Shown here: positions 56,805-64,000 of the stretch, in pieces
Position numbering within the stretch: the first letter of the stretch is position 1
Layout of the letters: each line of letters begins with the position of its first letter
Virus record (IMG/VR): IMGVR_UViG_3300021135_000003
Strand: one strand, 5' to 3'
DNA length: 64,000 bases
Source: a virus
The notes under the pieces: model-generated
Databases searched by the model: none
What the model was told of the DNA's origin: nothing
The model's input: the letters and a program-made list of their open reading frames with translations, nothing else
Translations under genes and position numbers: made by a program

Positions 56805-57220
56805 CTGTTGAAATGATTTATTACGACTGGACGCCAGAGTCCATGCTTGAAGTGGTTTTACCTGAGCCTGATAACTTTCTAAAGGTTCGTGAAACTTTGA
56901 CTCGCATTGGGATTGCTTCTAGGAAAGAAAACAAATTATACCAATCTTGCCATATTTTGCATAAGCAAGGTAGGTACTTTATCGTGCACTTCAAAGAACT
57001 ATTTGCTTTGGACGGTAAAGAATCGAATATCACTGCTGGTGATATTGAGCGCAGGAATGCTATTTCTGGTTTGCTACAGGATTGGGATCTGTTAAAGATC
57101 CTAAATAATACGCAGGCTGAGCAAAAAGCATCTCTGTCTCAAATTAAAGTTGTGTCCTTCAAAGAGAAAGACCAATGGGAATTAGTACCGAAATATAACA
57201 TAGGAAAAAAATCAAAATGA
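56801..57220 (+). CDS. regA: Translational repressor RegA
   Basis: PDNFLKVRETLTRIGIAS, LYQSCHILHKQGRYFIVHFKELF.LDG and W.L.PKY.IG. Confidence 0.96.
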   Translation: MTVEMIYYDWTPESMLEVVLPEPDNFLKVRETLTRIGIASRKENKLYQSCHILHKQGRYFIVHFKELFALDGKESNITAGDIERRNAISGLLQDWDLLKILNNTQAEQKASLSQIKVVSFKEKDQWELVPKYNIGKKSK

Positions 57221-57393
57221 TTAAACTTGAACTTGAAATTAATGAAGTAAATTCTATTCTTGCCGTATTGGGTAAGCATCCTTTCGAGGAAGTTGTAGCA
57301 TTGATCCAAAAGATCAAAGTACAAGGCGACCCACAAGCACAAGCAATCGCTGACGCTGAAGCTGCACAGGCACCAGAAACACCAGCTGTTTAA
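57217..57393 (+). CDS. Small hypothetical protein (58 aa)
   Basis: Read manually: MIKLELEINEVNSILAVLGKHPFEEVVALIQKIKVQGDPQAQAIADAEAAQAPETPAV*. ATGA overlap with regA. Confidence 0.65.
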   Translation: MIKLELEINEVNSILAVLGKHPFEEVVALIQKIKVQGDPQAQAIADAEAAQAPETPAV

Positions 57394-57407
57394 TCAGGAG
57401 AAACTAA

Positions 57408-57602
57408 ATGGCAGAACAAGTAAACCCAACAATCGAAGAAATTGAAGCAAAAGATGCTGCTGCTCGCGCAGAAGCTATTAAGGCTGCAGAAGAAAAAGCT
57501 GCTGCTGAACTTGCTGCTCACGTAGCTGCAGTTAAAGCTACTGAAGCTGAGGCTCTTGCTAAATCTGCCGAACAGTTTCCAGAATATCACGCTGATAAGT
57601 AA
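57408..57602 (+). CDS. Ala/Glu-rich helical small protein
   Basis: AGGAG SD; low-complexity helix. Confidence 0.65.
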   Translation: MAEQVNPTIEEIEAKDAAARAEAIKAAEEKAAAELAAHVAAVKATEAEALAKSAEQFPEYHADK

Positions 57603-57607
57603 TTCAC

Positions 57608-57740
57608 CTTAGGACCGCTAAGTTACGAATCGTTGGTAAAGCTGTCAGTACGTTAAGCTGTCGCTGGAACCAGTAACCAGCATTTAATCGACATGCCTTC
57701 GGGGTGTCAAATTTATAACTCGCTTAATAGGAGAAACACC
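57608..57740 (+). ncRNA. Putative structured RNA leader of hsp20
   Basis: Three hairpins (cttag/ctaag; gctgg/ccagc; gacat-gcc-UUCG-gg-gtgtc) and a repeated aagctgtc before the AGGAG SD. Confidence 0.4.
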
Positions 57741-58241
57741 ATGGGAAATTCATTTCCAAACATTGCATTATTTGGTCCAGGATTTAAGGACTTCGACAAA
57801 TTCTTTGTCGGCTTTGAGGATCACGCAAAACAGTTACAGTCTTTGCATGCTGATCTAACTAAAAACATTCCAAACTACCCACCTTATAACATTCGCAAGA
57901 ATGATGAGAACTCATACACAATCGAAATCGCAGTTGCTGGTTTCGGTGAGTCAGAGATCGATATTGAGATTGATGGTGGTAAGTTGATTGTTAAGGGTAA
58001 TGTTGATGCAGCTACTGATGCACTAGAAGATAACTTCTTGTTCAAAGGTATTGCTACTCGTGCATTTACTCGTGCATTTGCTATCGATGATCATATCGAA
58101 GTTAAGAACGCAGAACTATTTAATGGTATGCTTAAAATCGCTTTGGAGCGTTTAGTTCCAGAAGAACAGAAGCCAAAGAAAGTTCCAGTAAAGACAACTG
58201 GCAAAAAAGAATTTTTGACTGAAGGAAATACAAATGACTAA
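57741..58241 (+). CDS. hsp20: Small heat-shock protein Hsp20 (IbpA-like)
   Basis: NYPPYNI, IEIAVAGF, KGIATRAFTR.F, A.L.NGML.I.L and PEE.KPK. Start at ATG 57741 after AGGAG. Confidence 0.93.
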   Translation: MGNSFPNIALFGPGFKDFDKFFVGFEDHAKQLQSLHADLTKNIPNYPPYNIRKNDENSYTIEIAVAGFGESEIDIEIDGGKLIVKGNVDAATDALEDNFLFKGIATRAFTRAFAIDDHIEVKNAELFNGMLKIALERLVPEEQKPKKVPVKTTGKKEFLTEGNTND

Positions 58242-58341
58242 CATTCTAAAATCTATTAAGGGATTTGTTGTGGAAGTTATTGCGTGTATTCAAGAAGCAA
58301 AAAGAATTCAAGCACAGGAGTACACAAAATGGCACTCCTAA
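58234..58341 (+). CDS. Small hypothetical peptide (35 aa)
   Basis: MTNILKSIKGFVVEVIACIQEAKRIQAQEYTKWHS*; AAGGA SD. Confidence 0.45.
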   Translation: MTNILKSIKGFVVEVIACIQEAKRIQAQEYTKWHS

Positions 58342-58475
58342 AATTGATTAGTAAATTATTTCCAAAACAACAATCATCTCTTGAACAATTTATCGTAAGT
58401 AAACGACCACTTAATGCTGCAGATGTAGAGCATTGGACTCGTAGATATTACGAAGGTCAAGCAAGGGGATTATAA
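58329..58475 (+). CDS. Small hypothetical protein (48 aa)
   Basis: AGGAG SD, then MALLKLISKLFPKQQSSLEQFIVSKRP…. Confidence 0.55.
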   Translation: MALLKLISKLFPKQQSSLEQFIVSKRPLNAADVEHWTRRYYEGQARGL

Positions 58476-58555
58476 TGTGTAATTGGATTCCAATGACCGA
58501 TGATGATTGGGATTGGGTTAATGGTAAAGTACCAGTAACTCCTAACCAAAAATAA
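58475..58555 (+). CDS. Small Trp/Asp-rich peptide (26 aa)
   Basis: MCNWIPMTDDDWDWVNGKVPVTPNQK*; GGGG SD and TAATG coupling. Confidence 0.4.
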   Translation: MCNWIPMTDDDWDWVNGKVPVTPNQK

Positions 58556-58599
58556 TCATAGCAAGTAGGGGGACTTTCGGGTTCCCCTAAATACTTGTT

Positions 58600-58806
58600 A
58601 TGATGAAAGCAAAACTATCACCAAACCTCATATCCTTCTTTCTGGTTCGCAGAGGGAATTGGACATTGAAAGTTTCGGTGTACAAGAATAAGCAGATTCT
58701 AGTTTTAATGCAACACGTATATGATATGGATAAAATTATTATGGAATATTTCCAGAGTCAAGACGAAGCAGCAAATTTTATTGAACACATGATAGAGGAA
58801 GTATAA
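58600..58806 (+). CDS. Hypothetical protein
   Basis: 68 aa; CCTAAATA at 58586-58593 immediately upstream. Confidence 0.6.
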   Translation: MMKAKLSPNLISFFLVRRGNWTLKVSVYKNKQILVLMQHVYDMDKIIMEYFQSQDEAANFIEHMIEEV

Positions 58807-59108
58807 TGATTAAAGTTTTTAAACTATTGAATGGTGAAGAGATTATCGCCAAGACTGAATTAACTGAATTTGGTTATACATTAAGCGATCCCGCTGCAAT
58901 CGTAATTCAACAAACAGAAAAAGGTGTTGGTGTTGGACTTGCTCCATACATGCCTTACGCTGAAAGCGACATTATCCTTTACGCTACCGCAATCGCTACT
59001 GAAGGTATTCCAGCCCCAAACATGGCGAACGAATATAACCGAATCTTTGGCTCGGGTATCGAGGTCGTTTCCGCCAGTGCCCTGAGTGGTCTAAAGATCG
59101 TCTCTTAG
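58806..59108 (+). CDS. Conserved T4-like Sm-like small protein
   Basis: IKVFKLLNGEEII…P..I…GLAPYMPY…EY.RIFGSGI. Confidence 0.7.
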   Translation: MIKVFKLLNGEEIIAKTELTEFGYTLSDPAAIVIQQTEKGVGVGLAPYMPYAESDIILYATAIATEGIPAPNMANEYNRIFGSGIEVVSASALSGLKIVS

Positions 59109-59212
59109 GACGTGCCAAAACGATCGTAGAGACGTTTTTCGGCTCCCAATAGGGGTTTACCCACCCCTACCTCTCCGACCTCCCTACGGTCTCCTACGCC
59201 CTCTCTCGGGCT

Positions 59213-59335
59213 TTAAAATCCCTTTCTAAATCAATAACTTACGTATTCCCCTCAGGTTTGTAGGGGATAGTCAAATTTCGCTTTACTTTAATGCAATTAT
59301 GGCGTATAATAGTTGTATAAATGATGAAAAAAGGA
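59213..59335 (+). promoter_or_regulatory. Repeated early-promoter cassette, copy 3
   Basis: AATCAAtaacTTA at 59229-59241, hairpin tcccct/agggga, TTTACT at 59282-59287, TATAAT at 59305-59310. Confidence 0.8.
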
Positions 59336-59341
59336 ACTGAA

Positions 59342-59554
59342 ATGAGCGTAATTTATAAGTCAAAATCTGAGTTGGCTAAAGAAACTGAAAAACAAATTAA
59401 AGCATTCCTCCGTAAAGGTGGTTCGATTGAAGTTGTTAAGTCTCGTAAAGCACCAAAACAAATGATGCGTTCGAAATCTTCACGTGGCTTTGTTCAAGGT
59501 ACTTCTGGTTTTCCAGCTGGTGCTCCACGCAAATCTGCTTTCAGTTTAGTTTAA
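59342..59554 (+). CDS. Small basic early protein
   Basis: AAGGA SD; AFLRKGGSIEVVK motif. Confidence 0.6.
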   Translation: MSVIYKSKSELAKETEKQIKAFLRKGGSIEVVKSRKAPKQMMRSKSSRGFVQGTSGFPAGAPRKSAFSLV

Positions 59555-59572
59555 TTTTTTAGGAGATCATAA

Positions 59573-59947
59573 ATGTCTGAATTCAAATCTTGGGAAGAAA
59601 TGTCTGCGTTGGAACAAGCCCAGTGCACTTACTCGGACTTTCATAAAGATGCTTATGGTTTCCGTCCACGCAATGATGTTAGCAATTGGACACTAGAGGA
59701 TTTTGATCGTGAGTTCGCTGTGTTTGCTCGTGTATGTGAAGAGAATCGCATCCAAGAAGAAGCTGCAGAAGCTGAAGCAATTATTCGTTTCGAGGATCGT
59801 GTAACAAATCTTATGCACACTGGCACTAATCGTGCTCGTGTTATTGCTTGGCTCATGGATGCTGAGGGTGTTAATGGTGACTTTGAGTATTTCTGTTTTA
59901 CGCAGGGTCTTCCTTATGGTTACTTCAAAGAAATGGAAGTAGCATGA
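59573..59947 (+). CDS. Hypothetical early protein
   Basis: AGGAG SD; YSDFHKDAYGFRPR…GLPYGYF. Confidence 0.7.
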   Translation: MSEFKSWEEMSALEQAQCTYSDFHKDAYGFRPRNDVSNWTLEDFDREFAVFARVCEENRIQEEAAEAEAIIRFEDRVTNLMHTGTNRARVIAWLMDAEGVNGDFEYFCFTQGLPYGYFKEMEVA

Positions 59948-60291
59948 TTTTAGCAAGAGAACTTACAACTTGGGAAGATGGTATGGATTGTAACCATACA
60001 TATATAATGAGCGAATCAATGGATAAGATTTTTGGTTATTTCAAAAAGAATAATCCTAAAGATTTTATGATGTTTAAAAATTTTATTCGCATTGATACAA
60101 GGTATCGTAAGTTTAAAGTTATTCAACGCAACTTAAATTTTGCTGGGCAGAAACCCTCTAATCGAACTTGGGAAATTAAAGGTAGCAAGGATCACGTATA
60201 TACTGTTGAAGAAACAGAAAATGGTTTGAGTTGTAGCTGTATTGGTTTTAAATATCATGGTAAGTGTAAACATATCGAGAGTGTAAAATGA
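59944..60291 (+). CDS. SWIM zinc-finger protein
   Basis: GSK…YTV…CSCIGF…CKHI (CxC-xn-CxH). Confidence 0.75.
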   Translation: MILARELTTWEDGMDCNHTYIMSESMDKIFGYFKKNNPKDFMMFKNFIRIDTRYRKFKVIQRNLNFAGQKPSNRTWEIKGSKDHVYTVEETENGLSCSCIGFKYHGKCKHIESVK

Positions 60292-61595
60292 ACATCAATA
60301 AATTTTTGGATAGTCTTGCGGCAAATGCTTCACGCAACTTTAAGAAAGAACAACTAGAAGCAAACAAAGATAATGAAACTCTCCGTGAAGTAATTCGTTT
60401 GGCTCTTGATCCATTTACTCAATTTTATATCCGTAAGATTCCAGCGTATACTCCACAGACAGAACAAACTAATGTTACGTTGAGGTTTGCATTGGATTCT
60501 TTATTTGATTTATCCAGTCGTCTAGTAACAGGAAATGCGGCAATTGCTCATCTTAAAGGTATGCTAGAAGTTCTAAGCCCAGATGACGCTAAGGTTATTG
60601 AAAGAATTATTCAAAAAGATTTGAAGTGTGGGGTTCAAGTATCAACAGCAAATGATGTATGGATGGGACTCGTTCCAGAATATCCATGCATGCTTTGCTC
60701 ACCATTTGAACAGAAATTGGTTGATAAGATTAAATTCCCAGCCTATGCTCAAATGAAGATGGACGGTATGCGTTTCAATGCGATCGTTCGTGATGGTAAG
60801 TGTGAATTTAGGAGTAGAAATGGCAAAGAAATTTTATTACTTGGCAATTTGGAGCAAGAGTTTATTTCTCTTGCTGGTTCTGTTGATTGTGTTTTTGATG
60901 GTGAACTTTTGGTAATGGATGACGATAGTTGTCAGTTTATGGATCGTCAGACTGGTAATGGTATCCTCAACAAAGCAAACAAAGGAACTATATCAGCTGA
61001 AGATGCAGCAAAGGTTCATGCTTCTGTTTGGGATTTAATTCCTTATGTTCAATTTATTGACGGACATTGCGGAACTCCATATTCAAAAAGGTTCTCAACT
61101 CTTGAGGCGATTGTAAATAAACAACCAGCCAAAGATAAAAAGATTTGGGCTGTTACTTCAACCATTGTTGAAACGATTGAACAGGCTCAGGAGATTTTTC
61201 AAGATTATCTATCAAAGGGATATGAAGGTATTATTCTTAAAGATGGTAATGGTGTTTGGGAAGATAAACGTAGCAAGACTCAGATTAAATTCAAAGGCGA
61301 ACTAGAATGTGATCTTAAGATCGTTGCAATTGAAGAAGGTACTGGTAAGTATGCAGGAATGCTGGGTAATATTGTTTGCGAATCAGCTGATGGTAAAATT
61401 AAAGTAAACGTAGGCTCTGGTTTTAATGATACACATCGCAAGAATTATGGTCAAGAAATAGTTGACAAAATCGTGGCAATCAAGTATAATAGTAGAATAA
61501 AGAATAAGTTGGGAGACGAGAGTTTGTTTCTTCCAATCTTTGTTGAAATTCGTGATGATAAAGATATCGCAGATAGTTCAAAGGACATAAAATGA
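60288..61595 (+). CDS. gp30: ATP-dependent DNA ligase gp30
   Basis: KMDGMR adenylation motif, SRNGK, FDGEL, EGIILK, KFK, VGSGF, SLFLP.F and R.DK. Confidence 0.95.
   Translation: MNINKFLDSLAANASRNFKKEQLEANKDNETLREVIRLALDPFTQFYIRKIPAYTPQTEQTNVTLRFALDSLFDLSSRLVTGNAAIAHLKGMLEVLSPDDAKVIERIIQKDLKCGVQVSTANDVWMGLVPEYPCMLCSPFEQKLVDKIKFPAYAQMKMDGMRFNAIVRDGKCEFRSRNGKEILLLGNLEQEFISLAGSVDCVFDGELLVMDDDSCQFMDRQTGNGILNKANKGTISAEDAAKVHASVWDLIPYVQFIDGHCGTPYSKRFSTLEAIVNKQPAKDKKIWAVTSTIVETIEQAQEIFQDYLSKGYEGIILKDGNGVWEDKRSKTQIKFKGELECDLKIVAIEEGTGKYAGMLGNIVCESADGKIKVNVGSGFNDTHRKNYGQEIVDKIVAIKYNSRIKNKLGDESLFLPIFVEIRDDKDIADSSKDIK
61462..61490 (+). promoter_or_regulatory. Perfect-consensus sigma70 promoter inside the ligase 3' end
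   Basis: TTGACA-N17-TATAAT. Confidence 0.7.
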
Positions 61596-61957
61596 AAGTA
61601 GCAATCAATACATGTTTCGGTGGGTTTGGTATTTCAAATGTAGCGTTTGAGAAATTGCTTGAGCGTAAGGGTATCGCATTCGATAAGGTGCCAGCAAAAT
61701 GGCCAATTCGTGGTAACGACTCAGACTATTACAAAGCTGGTAGTCCACAATCTGATGCGACATATCTAAGTGAGTATGAATTCTATGAACAACGCAATGA
61801 TCCAGATTTGATTGCAGTGATTGAAGAATTGGGTAAAGAAGCATGGGGTTTTGCAGCAGAACTAGCAATCGTTGATATTCCTGATGATGTCGAATGGCAT
61901 ATTCACGAGTACGATGGTCTTGAGCATGTAGCAGAAAATCATAGGACTTGGGGTTAA
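61592..61957 (+). CDS. Conserved hypothetical phage protein
   Basis: MKVAIN.CFGGFG.S…R.DP.LI.V.EELG…L.IV.IPDDV.W.I.EYDG.E.V.E.HR.W. Confidence 0.75.
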   Translation: MKVAINTCFGGFGISNVAFEKLLERKGIAFDKVPAKWPIRGNDSDYYKAGSPQSDATYLSEYEFYEQRNDPDLIAVIEELGKEAWGFAAELAIVDIPDDVEWHIHEYDGLEHVAENHRTWG

Positions 61958-63456
61958 TGATTGATGCTGTTATTCTTAGTGGTGGTCAAGATATGCCAAA
62001 CGACTACCCTAAGATACAAAGATCGCTTGGTCCATACAGGGTTGCTTCTGCTTTAGAAAAAGCAGGATACACTACATGTGTAATTGATTATATTCAGTAT
62101 CTTTCAGTAGAAGAAATTATCAATGCTTTGAAAAATGTTTTAACACCTAATACTTTATGGGTTGGTATTTCTTCTACTTTTTTCTACTCACCATTAGCAA
62201 AGAAGGTTGGTCTTTCTAGGATGTACCAAAATATATCTTATGAAAAAATTTCTAAAGTATATGAATTTATTAAAGCGAACAGTAATGCTAAGATTGTTTT
62301 TGGTGGAGCATATGCCCTTCAAGCACACGCTGATCCGATGATTGATTATTACATTGCTAGTTATGCTGATGTGACTGTTGTAGAATTAACTGATTTCCTT
62401 TCAGGTAAGAAAATATATCTTGAACATTCAACTGAGATTGATATTGGTGGAACTAAGTCTGTGTTGATTGATTCTGGTAAGTATAAAGAACCAGAAATGA
62501 ATTCATTGGAAACCTTTTGGCATAAAAAAGAATACAACATATTACCAACCGAATCATTGCCTATTGAATTTGCTAGAGGGTGTATTTTTAAATGCAAGTT
62601 TTGTAACTATCCCCTTCTTGGTAAAAAGAAAGGTACATACATTAGAGATATGTCTCAGGTTCGTGATGAGATAATTAAAGTGTGGGAAGAGAATGGAACT
62701 GATTCATTTTATATGACAGATGATACCTTCAATGATGATAATGATAAGATGGAAGAATTTCATAAGTTGTTTACATCGTTGCCGTTCAAACCTAAGTTTA
62801 GCGCATTTCTTCGACTTGATTTGATTGATAGATTCCCGCATCAAGCAGATCTTCTTTTAGAAGCTGGTTTGATTGGTAACTTTTTTGGGATTGAATCATT
62901 CAATCATAAAAGTGCTAGAGCAATTGGTAAAGGTTTGCACCCAGATAGAATTAAGAAACGTCTAAACTGGGTGAGAGAAAAATGGGATGGTAAGGTTAAT
63001 ACTGTAGTAGGATTAATTGTTGGTTTACCGTATGATGATGAGAAGTATTTTAGAGAACTTGAAACATATCTTATGTCTTCAGAATACCCTGCTCAGAGAA
63101 CTGTTATTAATCCTCTGCATATTTTTGATAGGAGCAAAGGTGTTAATCTTTATGGTTCTGAGTTTTCAGTTAACTCAGAAGTCTATGGATATAAGTTTGA
63201 TTCGAATGGTAGATGGTATCATGAAGAACAGGGTTTTGGTTTTGATGATATGATAAATGTTTCAAACTATTTTTCAGAATTGATGAGCAGTAAAAATAAA
63301 GTTAGTGGATTTGAGATGTTGACATATATGAATCTTGGTATTTCGTTGAAAGATATATTAACATACACTGAAGATGAATTAATACAACGCTATGATATCC
63401 CAAAATTAAATAATGAAAAATTGACAATGTATAAACAAATGATTGGAGCAGTATAA
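61957..63456 (+). CDS. Cobalamin-binding-domain radical SAM enzyme (class B-like)
   Basis: N-terminal Rossmann-like region (SLGPY.VA..L…GY…ID, VGISSTF, IVFGG), EFARGCIFKCKFC, DDTFN, FGIES and IVGLP. Confidence 0.85.
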   Translation: MIDAVILSGGQDMPNDYPKIQRSLGPYRVASALEKAGYTTCVIDYIQYLSVEEIINALKNVLTPNTLWVGISSTFFYSPLAKKVGLSRMYQNISYEKISKVYEFIKANSNAKIVFGGAYALQAHADPMIDYYIASYADVTVVELTDFLSGKKIYLEHSTEIDIGGTKSVLIDSGKYKEPEMNSLETFWHKKEYNILPTESLPIEFARGCIFKCKFCNYPLLGKKKGTYIRDMSQVRDEIIKVWEENGTDSFYMTDDTFNDDNDKMEEFHKLFTSLPFKPKFSAFLRLDLIDRFPHQADLLLEAGLIGNFFGIESFNHKSARAIGKGLHPDRIKKRLNWVREKWDGKVNTVVGLIVGLPYDDEKYFRELETYLMSSEYPAQRTVINPLHIFDRSKGVNLYGSEFSVNSEVYGYKFDSNGRWYHEEQGFGFDDMINVSNYFSELMSSKNKVSGFEMLTYMNLGISLKDILTYTEDELIQRYDIPKLNNEKLTMYKQMIGAV

Positions 63457-63986
63457 TGAAACGTGAACTTGATGAAATACTCTGTGCAAAGTATCCTCTG
63501 ATCTTTAAAGATCGTCACGAGAATATGCAACACACAGCAATGTGCTGGGGGTTTGAAACTGGTGATGGTTGGTATAATATCATTGATACTCTTTGTGGTC
63601 TATTGACAAGCGATTATCGTAGCGCAAAAAGTCGTTATGAACATCTTATAGAAACAGGTGTTGGTAATGTTCTTTACGGAACAAAAACAGTAACACAAGA
63701 AGCTGTTGATGAAGCAAAAACAAAACTTGACGAAGAAAGTCTGAAAGTTCCAGTTGCTGTTCAAGTAAAAGAAAAGTTCGGTGGACTAAGATTCTATGTT
63801 CAGGCTGCAACTGATAAACATTATCAGTATATTACTTTTGCTGAGTCTATGAGTTATCGTACTTGTGAAGAGTGTGGTGCTCCAGGTAAAACTTATACTG
63901 ATGGATGGCATATGACTCTGTGTGATATTCATGCAGAAATGAATGGTAAAGAAGAAGAATATGAATCTGATGAAGGGGATGAATAA
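63456..63986 (+). CDS. Conserved hypothetical phage protein with C-terminal zinc ribbon
   Basis: GDGWY.II, QVKEKFGGLRFY and TCEECG.PG…GW..TLC..H. Confidence 0.75.
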   Translation: MKRELDEILCAKYPLIFKDRHENMQHTAMCWGFETGDGWYNIIDTLCGLLTSDYRSAKSRYEHLIETGVGNVLYGTKTVTQEAVDEAKTKLDEESLKVPVAVQVKEKFGGLRFYVQAATDKHYQYITFAESMSYRTCEECGAPGKTYTDGWHMTLCDIHAEMNGKEEEYESDEGDE

Positions 63987-64000
63987 TGTTTTACGGTAAA

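Noticed and set aside
57217-57393. Apparent non-coding gap or frameshift after regA
   Set aside because: It is an intact 58-aa ORF just below the track's length cutoff.
57693-57740. Longer Hsp20 N-terminus given by the ORF track
   Set aside because: ATG 57693 lies inside a hairpin with no SD, whereas ATG 57741 has AGGAG at proper spacing.
28852-61595. Introns, inteins or homing endonucleases in core genes
   Set aside because: gp17, gp20, gp23, uvsW, gp46, gp44 and ligase are uninterrupted and of normal length. No HNH, GIY-YIG or LAGLIDADG motifs noticed.
1-64000. CRISPR array or tRNA genes
   Set aside because: No regularly spaced repeats with unique spacers, and no cloverleaf with T-loop GTTCRA in an intergenic region was recognised by eye. 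tRNAscan was not run.
1-64000. Minus-strand and alternate-frame ORFs in the track (e.g. 6155-6547, 19814-20389, 43585-44031, 45900-46526)
   Set aside because: They are fully nested in well-supported + strand genes and are explained by codon bias in Gly/Thr/Ala-rich sequence. No motifs or SD support them.
1-64000. Stop-codon reassignment
   Set aside because: Core genes are full length under the standard code. TAA, TGA (e.g. gp17) and TAG (e.g. gp46) all end genes at the expected positions.

Overview
A 64-kb segment of a large T4-like (Tevenvirinae/Kyanoviridae-like) myovirus genome. All credible genes are on the + strand and the sequence is AT-rich. Gene order: (1) end of baseplate wedge gp8, then a 2195-aa VrlC/DUF4815-type structural protein; (2) a fibre gene ending in an Asn-Cys repeat (…NCHNCNCNC*), followed by an enzyme cassette of a 278-aa hypothetical protein, a radical SAM/SPASM enzyme, a 97-aa protein, a DctP-like solute-binding protein with no signal peptide and an AsnB/PP-loop-like ATP pyrophosphatase; (3) several Gly/Thr/Ser-rich tail fibres, two with Mtd-N-like starts and one with a C1q-like tip; (4) the neck/tail/head module gp13-14-15-17-18-19-20-67-(68)-21-22-23-3, with no gp16 at its usual position; (5) uvsY, uvsW, gp55, an AAA ATPase, gp47, gp46, a VWA/CobS-like pair, a DUF5664-like dNTP pyrophosphohydrolase, gp45, a flavin-dependent halogenase, gp44, gp62, regA, Hsp20, DNA ligase and a B12-type radical SAM enzyme. 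Regulatory signals are clear: NATAAATA/CCTAAATA late promoters, sigma70-type promoters, three copies of a repeated early-promoter cassette with IHF-consensus sites, UUCG hairpins and a divergent promoter pair before gp55. The best candidate for an undescribed system is the fibre-plus-radical SAM/SPASM cassette at about 7.1-13.0 kb. It looks like a RiPP-style maturation system whose precursor is the Cys/Asn-rich tip of a virion fibre. All family assignments come from motif recognition and gene order; no database searches were run.
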